A stretch of DNA of 32,000 bases from Synechococcus phage S-CBWM1: the sequence record MG450654.1; one strand, written 5' to 3'. Positions 23,466 to 29,877 of this stretch are shown piece by piece. The position numbers and the translations under genes were made by a program. The notes under the pieces were generated by a model, which ran no database searches, was not told the DNA's origin, and saw nothing but the letters and a program-made list of their open reading frames with translations. Numbering within the stretch: position 1 is the first letter of the stretch; every line of letters starts with the position of its first letter.

Positions 23466-23888
23466 ATGCTCACATACGAATCCAAAGACTGCGCTAATGG
23501 GGACATTCCTCCGGGATTCATGCTCTCCATCCGATCCTGGGAAAATGATGCGGACCTTTGGAAATCAGAGGTTCTGTACGGCCTACAGGAGGGGGATGTT
23601 AGATTCTACTTGTATGTCCTGAAATCCTACGGTATCGACAATGGGGGAAATAGGAAGACTGATGGCGGTGAGGAAATTTCCGTGTTGAAATCGGCCCTAG
23701 AGGAATTCCCCCCGGAATCCCAAGACCTTCTTGACGATGTCAAGGAGATGGTAGACTTGGGAGAGTCTAGTGACTTCTTTGAGGACCTGGTAGGTATCGA
23801 CACTTCCGGAGAATTCTACCGAGTAATCGATAGTGCCACTGTTCACTACATCCCAGAACTTTGCCTCAATGTGACGGAAAGGTTTTAG
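23466..23888 (+). CDS. hypothetical acidic protein
   Basis: 140 aa ORF. Confidence 0.65.
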   Translation: MLTYESKDCANGDIPPGFMLSIRSWENDADLWKSEVLYGLQEGDVRFYLYVLKSYGIDNGGNRKTDGGEEISVLKSALEEFPPESQDLLDDVKEMVDLGESSDFFEDLVGIDTSGEFYRVIDSATVHYIPELCLNVTERF

Positions 23889-23914
23889 GGAGACCGTCCT
23901 ACCACACGACGTAA

Positions 23915-23974
23915 AACTTGGTGTAGCTTCGGTAGATAACTGCTTGGACAGGGATTCGACTTCCCTCACCTCCA
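23915..23974 (+). ncRNA. ssrA: permuted tmRNA, acceptor piece
   Basis: CTGCTTG (H2 strand), T-arm AGGGA-TTCGACT-TCCCT, acceptor CACCTCC + A73. The 5' boundary is approximate. Confidence 0.8.
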
Positions 23975-23991
23975 CTTCAACTTGCTCCCTC

Positions 23992-24190
23992 GGGGGTGCC
24001 ACGGTTTCGACAAGTAGGGGATTTCGCCAGAGTGAAAGCTGCTTGCATAAGCACAAAACAAACGCCAACAAAATCGTTGCCTTTCATCGTCAGGCAGTTT
24101 CCTGCGCCTGAACTAATCGGTGAATGGGGTTAGGTTAGCCTTGTTACCAAAATAACCCACAGGCCCTGAGAGGGGCCTACGATCCTACCA
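23992..24190 (+). ncRNA. ssrA: permuted tmRNA, coding piece
   Basis: GGGGGTG pairs with upstream CACCTCC including G3:U70; GGTTTCGAC; tag ORF 24064-24111 ANKIVAFHRQAVSCA*. The 3' boundary is approximate. Confidence 0.85.
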
Positions 24191-24202
24191 AACCACGACA
24201 AG

Positions 24203-24430
24203 ATGGAATTTATCTCCCCAACGACGGGAAAGGCTTACCAAGTCACCGTTAAGAACCAAGAGAGGATGGACTATGGGCCGGACGGTCGCCTGGTATCCAG
24301 GGTTGAACAACTTTATGAAATTTGGGATGAGGGGAAGCCTATCCAATTCGCATTCAGTGTTCCGGGAATTGCCTCCTCGGTGAGGCACTACGAATCCCCA
24401 GGCCGCGACGTTTCCTCCCGCTACGATTGA
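24203..24430 (+). CDS. hypothetical protein
   Basis: 75 aa, directly between the tmRNA and the DUF1874-like gene. Confidence 0.6.
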   Translation: MEFISPTTGKAYQVTVKNQERMDYGPDGRLVSRVEQLYEIWDEGKPIQFAFSVPGIASSVRHYESPGRDVSSRYD

Positions 24431-24431
24431 A

Positions 24432-24782
24432 ATGGCTAAGTACTTCATGGCCTGTTGCGTAGTTCCTAAGGGAGCTCCTGGGCTTTGGTCCGTCGTGGAA
24501 ATCTCTTTGGAGGAGGTGATCCAAGACCTTGAGGAGGGAGAGTTTATCTCTACTATCGGACACCCCTCTTCCGCCCACATCTTGGAAACACTCACAGGAT
24601 TTCCCTTTGAGGCCTGCCGGAGAGAAGCAGATCCAAGACCCGGAGACGAGTTCTACTGCTTCATTCTGAATTCTCGGGCTCCGGAGGGGAAGATCCTCGA
24701 TGAGCACGAGATCTATAAGATCGGATTCTCGTTCCGTAAGATGACATACGTGCTGGGTAAAATTCCCACTGCGCCCGATTAG
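24432..24782 (+). CDS. DUF1874/AcrIII-1-like protein (candidate ring nuclease anti-CRISPR)
   Basis: ISLEEVIQDLEEGEFISTIGHPSSAHILETLTGFPFEACRREADPRPGDEFYCFILNSRAPEGKILDEHEI follows the DUF1874 pattern (SxIGHxxT/SA...NR...GD...RxxEGKxLxxxE). Confidence 0.65.
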   Translation: MAKYFMACCVVPKGAPGLWSVVEISLEEVIQDLEEGEFISTIGHPSSAHILETLTGFPFEACRREADPRPGDEFYCFILNSRAPEGKILDEHEIYKIGFSFRKMTYVLGKIPTAPD

Positions 24783-24843
24783 CACAATGGTAATGCGGCT
24801 GCTTCGTAAGCAGTTAATGGGAGTTCGATCCTCCCATCGGGCT
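24773..24843 (+). tRNA. tRNA-Thr(CGT)
   Basis: GCCCGAT/ATCGGGC, GCTGC-TTCGTAA-GCAGT. Its 5' end overlaps the stop of the upstream CDS. Confidence 0.85.
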
Positions 24844-24865
24844 TTCCTCGTTTATTCCGGGGAAC

Positions 24866-24919
24866 GCCAGAGGAGCAATGCTCTCCTGTTTATGAGACAG
24901 GTTCCACTTGGAAACTGGC
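24866..24919 (+). ncRNA. mini-cloverleaf-like structured element
   Basis: GCCAG/CTGGC closing stem; GAGC-AAT-GCTC, CCTGT-TTATGAG-ACAGG, TTCC-ACTT-GGAA. Confidence 0.35.
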
Positions 24920-25036
24920 TCGGGGTCTAATATTGAACCCTTAAATCACTTGTGCCGCCTCCCGAGCCCCTCTGAAACGGGGACCAGTGCTCGCCCGTGC
25001 GGATGTTGTTGCAACTTACTAATGTTTAGAATCAAT

Positions 25037-25477
25037 ATGGTTCGCGCCTTCGCCACCATCCTTCTTCTCCCTTCTTCAGCGGCTGCTGCCGCTACAATTG
25101 AAAGGGAGCTACCGCTCTTTCCGTCGGAAAACGACGCTTCCCGGATTGAGAGATTTCTCCCAAAGGAATCCAACCTGGGAGTTAGGATGGCTTACACGAA
25201 CACTACGAGAGCCTCTTGGTACGGTCCCGGATTCTATGGGAATCGGACTGCCAACGGGGAAATCTACAGTGGGACTGGTATGACGGCGGCTCACAAATAT
25301 CTCCCTTTCGGTACGCGCCTCCGGGTGACAAATCATCGGAATGGGCGCTCTGTGGTGGTGCGGATCAATGACCGTGGTCCTTACGTTTCTGGTCGGGGAA
25401 TTGACCTCAGCGAGAGAGCGGCAAGAGCACTCGGAATTTCCGGGGTAGACACGGTTACTCTGACCAAGGTAAACTAA
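25037..25477 (+). CDS. RlpA-like double-psi beta-barrel protein with signal peptide
   Basis: RASWYGPGFYGNRTANGEIYSGTGMTAAHKYLPFGTRLRVTNHRNGRSVVVRINDRGPYVSGRGIDLSERAARALG. Confidence 0.9.
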   Translation: MVRAFATILLLPSSAAAAATIERELPLFPSENDASRIERFLPKESNLGVRMAYTNTTRASWYGPGFYGNRTANGEIYSGTGMTAAHKYLPFGTRLRVTNHRNGRSVVVRINDRGPYVSGRGIDLSERAARALGISGVDTVTLTKVN

Positions 25478-25524
25478 CTTAGCTTGGGGGGAGTTCCCAA
25501 GCTCCTCCTATATTTCCAAACCCG

Positions 25525-25695
25525 ATGCAGATCCTTCTTTTCATCGTCCTTCTTCTCCTAGCAATTCCGCTCGTTCCAATTCTGGTGGTGTTTGTCTATG
25601 GCTTGATTGTCTCGGTATTCTTCTTCCTTCTTTCAAACCCCTTGGGGTGGCTTCTGACGATTCTAGTAATCCTTGCTCTACTGTTTCTGCGTTGA
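25525..25695 (+). CDS. small two-TM hydrophobic protein (56 aa)
   Basis: MQILLFIVLLLLAIPLVPILVVFVYGLIVSVFFFLLSNPLGWLLTILVILALLFLR*; absent from the ORF track. Confidence 0.5.
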   Translation: MQILLFIVLLLLAIPLVPILVVFVYGLIVSVFFFLLSNPLGWLLTILVILALLFLR

Positions 25696-25795
25696 TCAGG
25701 GTATAATCGGTTAGCTGGGTTCTCTCAGCGGCAGGTTCGATTCCTGCGTTACTCATTGCCCTTAATCGGGCTCTCCACTTAAAACAAATTCGCAT

Positions 25796-26266
25796 ATGAA
25801 GAATTACCTCCTAGCCATTCCAGCTATTGCCGGATTGCTCTTGGGAGCCTCCTCTGTCTCTGCTGAGGGCCTCCAGGGCTCCTATGTTGGGGTTGGCCCG
25901 GCGATTGGCCTGCAGGGCCAAGGGGTTGGCGGCTCGGGTCTCGCCCGTGTGCAATTCGGGGACATCCCGGCTTCCGCCCGCCTACAAGGAACCCTGACTG
26001 ATTCCTTTGAAGGATCTGTCTCCCTTAGCGGCGACATTCCCGTTGGCGAAGCAACCAACATCTACCTTGGAGGCGGCGCTGCTTTCCGAGACGCCGGTGC
26101 CACTGGAGGAATCCTGACTGCAGAAGATGCCTCGGTTGGGTTTGCCCAGGTTGGCGTCGAGTCAGAGATTGCAGAGCGGACGGTCCTCTTCCTTGATGTG
26201 AAGGTCGGATTCCCAAGTGATGCTACCACCGTAGTCCCGACTGTCGGACTCGGTTACCGATTCTGA
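25796..26266 (+). CDS. signal-peptide outer-membrane beta-barrel-like protein
   Basis: Signal peptide MKNYLLAIPAIAGLLLGASSVSAEG; beta-strand pattern ending VGLGYRF (C-terminal aromatic). Confidence 0.7.
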   Translation: MKNYLLAIPAIAGLLLGASSVSAEGLQGSYVGVGPAIGLQGQGVGGSGLARVQFGDIPASARLQGTLTDSFEGSVSLSGDIPVGEATNIYLGGGAAFRDAGATGGILTAEDASVGFAQVGVESEIAERTVLFLDVKVGFPSDATTVVPTVGLGYRF

Positions 26267-26445
26267 GATAATCCCTGGAGCCGGTAGAAACGGCCCATCT
26301 TCAGTTGGTGAAAGTTAAATACGCTCAGTAGAGGGAGGTTGCAAACTCCCCCCGAGACCTGGGCTCTCCCTCCCAACTAAAAGAGTAAGTGACCCGGACG
26401 GATAAAACTCCAGGACAATGTCTCTACAACATCTCCACTGTTCTT

Positions 26446-26475
26446 CTCGGGAAAGGAAACCGAGGGGATTTTTTG
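26446..26475 (+). terminator. intrinsic terminator-like hairpin
   Basis: CTCGG-gaaaggaaa-CCGAG GGGATTTTTT. Confidence 0.5.
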
Positions 26476-26516
26476 CGCATATGCGGGAAAATGGACAGTG
26501 CTACTGTGAGTCCCAG

Positions 26517-26572
26517 AATTTCCTGAGGGACTGACCCCTCACCTATGTGAAAGATTCGAAACTGTCCCATGG
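26517..26572 (+). repeat. dispersed repeat R1 (full copy)
   Basis: AATTTCCTGAGGGACTGACCCCTCACCTATGTGAAAGATTCGAAACTGTCCCATGG; matches the reverse complement of 10458-10514. Confidence 0.85.
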
Positions 26573-26633
26573 CAATAAGGACCCAGCACTCCTTGTCCTA
26601 CCAATAATTCCCCAATGCGCGGGGTCCCTGTAG

Positions 26634-26661
26634 ATGTGAAAGATTGCGCACTGTCCCATGG
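26634..26661 (+). repeat. dispersed repeat R1 (partial copy)
   Basis: ATGTGAAAGATTGCGCACTGTCCCATGG, 24/28 identical to 26545-26572. Confidence 0.8.
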
Positions 26662-26692
26662 GGGTAAAACCAACTGAATTAAGATTCCCAAG

Positions 26693-27352
26693 ATGCTCGG
26701 TCACATTGATCCCGCAGTCCTAGACTACGTCCTGACTCTCGACTTCACAAGGTGTGAGAGGCCAGACGGAACCGCCTACGGAACTGCTGGAACCTGCAGA
26801 AAGGGTGTGGAAAGACCCTTGGCAGAAGCTGTAGTGCAGGGGAGATTCAACCTGTCCCATTCCGGGCATGCCAAGTTCATCGCCAAGGTCCTGGATCAAG
26901 CAGACAAGGTGAACGTCGTTATTTCTTCCCAGGAAGGTGAACGCCCCGGCGGAGTTGATGGAAAGGCAGGAAACTTGAATTCCAACTTCCGCCGCCTGAT
27001 GCTCCGGGAGGCTCTTCGAGCCGAGGGTGTTGACATGGAACGGGTCTCCTTTATCGTAGATGACTCCCCGATCAAAACAATTAGGGATATGGTGAGTAGG
27101 CACCCTAAGGAAAAAGTCGGAGTCTTCCTTGGCAAAGACCCTAAGAATGGGGAATATGCCGACCGGCTCGCCAAGGAACACGGGATCAAGGGCGGGCTGG
27201 TTACCGAAGACACTGCGGGATCCGTTAGCAGCACAAGTATCCGCAAAGCGATTGATTCCGGGGACATGGCCTCCCTGAGAAAGATTATGAAGGAAAATCC
27301 ATATATGCTCCGCTTGGCAATCGCAGGCCGCAGGCTTGAAATGGGGGGGTAA
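26693..27352 (+). CDS. HxGH-type nucleotidyltransferase-like protein
   Basis: RPDGTAYGTAGTCRKG; GRFNLSHSGHAKFIAKVLDQADKVNVVIS; VSSTSIRKAI (HIGH and ISSTxIR-like motifs). Confidence 0.6.
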   Translation: MLGHIDPAVLDYVLTLDFTRCERPDGTAYGTAGTCRKGVERPLAEAVVQGRFNLSHSGHAKFIAKVLDQADKVNVVISSQEGERPGGVDGKAGNLNSNFRRLMLREALRAEGVDMERVSFIVDDSPIKTIRDMVSRHPKEKVGVFLGKDPKNGEYADRLAKEHGIKGGLVTEDTAGSVSSTSIRKAIDSGDMASLRKIMKENPYMLRLAIAGRRLEMGG

Positions 27353-27396
27353 ACCGCCCTTTACACGGGCTGTGAAAGGCGGTAAACTGGTTACAG
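27342..27396 (+). promoter_or_regulatory. promoter cassette I
   Basis: GGGGGGTAAACCGCCC, TTTACA(27358) - 17 - TAAACT(27381), dyad AACTGgttaCAGTT. Confidence 0.7.
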
Positions 27397-27412
27397 TTCG
27401 AAAGACTTTGCA

Positions 27413-28141
27413 GTGCAGAGAAAATATGCCTTTGTGGGCGATGTCCACAGTCAAGATGAGCCGCTTCAGAAGGCGGTAGATTTCCTACGACAAAATTCCC
27501 TGACTCCTATTTTCCTTGGGGACCTGTTCGACTCCCAGCATGAGTTCGGCAATGCAGCAGAGACTTATAAAATCGTCAGACAAGCAGAGCGGGAGCTGGG
27601 GGCAATTGTCCTTCATAGCAACCACCAGCACAAACTCTTGAGATTCCTCGCCGGGAATCCGGTGCGGATGACTGAGAATCTTGGGAGAACTCTGAGGGAC
27701 TTTAGGGAATCTGAAATCAGCCTGACTGAAGTGGGGGAGTGGTTGTCCTCGCACCCATACGGAGCAGTATTTCAAGATTGTCGTGGAAGGGAGTACCGCG
27801 CTGCCCATGCCTTCTTCCCTGGCAGATTCCAAGTCCCCTCTGCCCTCGGCCTCTCTTTGATCCACAGAGTGGAGAAGAAGCTCATTAACCAGTTTCTGTA
27901 CGGCCCTGTTGTGAAGGACGACACTGGGAAGAGGGTTCGGCTTGAGTGGTGGAAAGAGCCCAAGAATCGTGATTTCCGTCGTGTTTCCGGCCACTACCAC
28001 ACCATCTATGAAGACCGCCACTCCTTAGTTCTAGACGGCGGTTCTGGCGGATCTTCCCAGGAATTCATGGACCCAGGAGATGAATTTCTTCCTGTCTACG
28101 ACGTCAACCGGGAACTCCTTCTCCGTTTCCGGCGCCCTTGA
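27413..28141 (+). CDS. calcineurin-like metallophosphoesterase
   Basis: YAFVGDVHSQDEPL, TPIFLGDLFDSQHE, HSNHQHK motifs; GTG start. Confidence 0.8.
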   Translation: MQRKYAFVGDVHSQDEPLQKAVDFLRQNSLTPIFLGDLFDSQHEFGNAAETYKIVRQAERELGAIVLHSNHQHKLLRFLAGNPVRMTENLGRTLRDFRESEISLTEVGEWLSSHPYGAVFQDCRGREYRAAHAFFPGRFQVPSALGLSLIHRVEKKLINQFLYGPVVKDDTGKRVRLEWWKEPKNRDFRRVSGHYHTIYEDRHSLVLDGGSGGSSQEFMDPGDEFLPVYDVNRELLLRFRRP

Positions 28142-28175
28142 GGTAAAATTTCAACTTACACCCTACTAAATCCCA

Positions 28176-28349
28176 ATGGTATCATACCAAATCTGGCTCT
28201 TCTCCGCCGCCGCAATCTTGACCCTGTTGGCAATGGAGCCCCTCCTCCCCCTGGTACATCTCGGAGAAGAGCAAGCAAATCCAAGTCTGGTGGCAACGCC
28301 TGGCAATGCAAGCTCAAATGGAGGTGGAGATTCTCCAAATCACTCTTGA
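28176..28349 (+). CDS. small secreted/TM peptide (57 aa)
   Basis: MVSYQIWLFSAAAILTLLAMEPLLPLVHLGEEQ...; not in the ORF track. Confidence 0.4.
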   Translation: MVSYQIWLFSAAAILTLLAMEPLLPLVHLGEEQANPSLVATPGNASSNGGGDSPNHS

Positions 28350-28408
28350 TCAAGACCGGTACTTGGAAACTGTCAAGGCAATGTACCCAGATCAACCATC
28401 TGGCTGAT

Positions 28409-28465
28409 GGGCGGTAAACCGCCCTTTTCAAACCCTCGCTTTCACGCTAAGCTGACTTTGTCAGC
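28409..28465 (+). promoter_or_regulatory. promoter cassette J
   Basis: GGGCGGTAAACCGCCC, TTTTCA(28425) - 17 - TAAGCT(28448), dyad GCTGACtttGTCAGC. Confidence 0.7.
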
Positions 28466-28477
28466 CGAAAACTCACC

Positions 28478-29293
28478 ATGCAATTCGAAACCTCCGCAAT
28501 CAACTGGGAAGCCCAATCCGTCCCCTTGTTCTTCTACGACTACCGGGGGGAACTCGTTCGCGCCGGAACGTCAAACGCCGTAGTCCGCATGGACACCCTG
28601 GGAGTTCTCGGGAATGTCTCCACCGACTACCAAGTCTTCCAGAATTCTGAACTCTACGGAAAAATCCAGCCCCTTGAATCAGAGGGTTTGGTTGAGATCT
28701 CTAACATCGGAGAACTTCGCGGCGGGAAGCAGGTCTATATCCAGGCGAAGATCAATAAGGATTACACTGTCGTGGGGGAGAGCTACCAAGGTTTCATCAC
28801 CATGACCAACTTCCACACTGGCCTTGGCCGCGCTGGCCTGGGAATGAGCTGTGTGCGAATCGTCTGCGAGAACACCTTCGCCGCTGCACAGGAAGACCTT
28901 TTGAAATTCTCCCACGTCGGAGATGGGAAGGAGGAGTTCTTGAACTCTCGGGTCATTGCCGACTTCGTTGATGGGGAGATGGGGGTTTACGCTAGGAATG
29001 CGGAAACTCTCGCCTCTGAAGCCTGTAGCGCTGGTCGCTTCCAAGAATTTCTGAAGGGGGTTTATCAGAAGGACGAGCTGGACAAGATCCGCAACGTTGA
29101 TCGCCTGAATGCCCTGTTCTATGAAGGGGCTGGAAATGAGGGCCGCACAATGTATGACGCCCTGAACGCTGTCACGGAATACTCCAGTCACTTCTCTCGC
29201 AAGGAAGCAGATTCCCGGTTCAAGTATGTGAACTTCGGCGAGGGCTCCAAGATCAATTCCCGAGCAATGGAAGTTGCCCTGGCCATGGTCTGA
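28478..29293 (+). CDS. DUF932-like protein
   Basis: TLGVLGNVSTDYQVFQNSELYGKIQPL; TNFHTGLGRAGLGMSCVRIVCENTFAAA. Confidence 0.8.
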   Translation: MQFETSAINWEAQSVPLFFYDYRGELVRAGTSNAVVRMDTLGVLGNVSTDYQVFQNSELYGKIQPLESEGLVEISNIGELRGGKQVYIQAKINKDYTVVGESYQGFITMTNFHTGLGRAGLGMSCVRIVCENTFAAAQEDLLKFSHVGDGKEEFLNSRVIADFVDGEMGVYARNAETLASEACSAGRFQEFLKGVYQKDELDKIRNVDRLNALFYEGAGNEGRTMYDALNAVTEYSSHFSRKEADSRFKYVNFGEGSKINSRAMEVALAMV

Positions 29294-29301
29294 CCACTCA
29301 C

Positions 29302-29328
29302 AACCACCCCAAACCGGGGTGGTTTCAC
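29302..29328 (+). terminator. intrinsic terminator
   Basis: ACCACCCC-aaac-CGGGGTGGTTTC. Confidence 0.7.
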
Positions 29329-29358
29329 CAAATTTTGACAACGAGGGAACAAAAGACT

Positions 29359-29877
29359 ATGGTTAATCTCAATGGAATCAGAGAAGGACAGATTGCAATC
29401 TGCAAAGATGGAACTGAGCTCACATTTGTGAAGAAGACCGTGGACGACGTATACCTATTCCTCTTCACGTATCGGGAAGGGGGGAGGATCACATTCCTAA
29501 GGGCATACAACGTGAAAGGGGAATGCACCGCGAAAGGGGAATATGGCGTGAACTACTCTGAGTTTGGAGATCACAAGAGAATTGTGAAGATCCTACCACT
29601 GGGGGAAGAAAGGCTAACCGCCCCGAAGGTGACTATTGACCAGGTGACGGGACTGATCTGCTCAGAGACCTATACTGTCCTTCCCAGCGGGAGAACGATG
29701 ATCTGCGAGCTGACTTTGCGCAACGGATTCACTGTCACCGGAAAATCCGCAGTTGTCAGTATTAACAATTCTGACTATCAGATCGGAAAAGAGATTAGCC
29801 GCAAGAATGCCGTGGATCAGATTTGGCAGCTGGAGGGGTACCTCCTGACCGAGAAAATCTATAAGGGGGAAGCTTGA
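29359..29877 (+). CDS. hypothetical protein
   Basis: ATG 29359; the 29335 TTG start coincides with a TTGACA-like -35. Confidence 0.65.
   Translation: MVNLNGIREGQIAICKDGTELTFVKKTVDDVYLFLFTYREGGRITFLRAYNVKGECTAKGEYGVNYSEFGDHKRIVKILPLGEERLTAPKVTIDQVTGLICSETYTVLPSGRTMICELTLRNGFTVTGKSAVVSINNSDYQIGKEISRKNAVDQIWQLEGYLLTEKIYKGEA

Noticed and set aside
23992-24190. Reading the tmRNA as a conventional one-piece gene
   Set aside because: No T-arm or CACCTCC-like acceptor strand occurs downstream of the tag, while a perfectly matching one sits immediately upstream.
24908-25036. N-terminal extension of the RlpA-like ORF
   Set aside because: It lacks a signal-peptide context; ATG 25037 gives a standard signal sequence.
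25037-26266. Interpretation of the window as cyanobacterial chromosome because of RlpA and OMP-like genes and a picocyanobacterial-style tmRNA
   Set aside because: Dense tRNA array, TET/JBP operon, endolysin, DUF932 and overlapping small unknown genes on one strand fit a phage much better, though an integrated element is not excluded.
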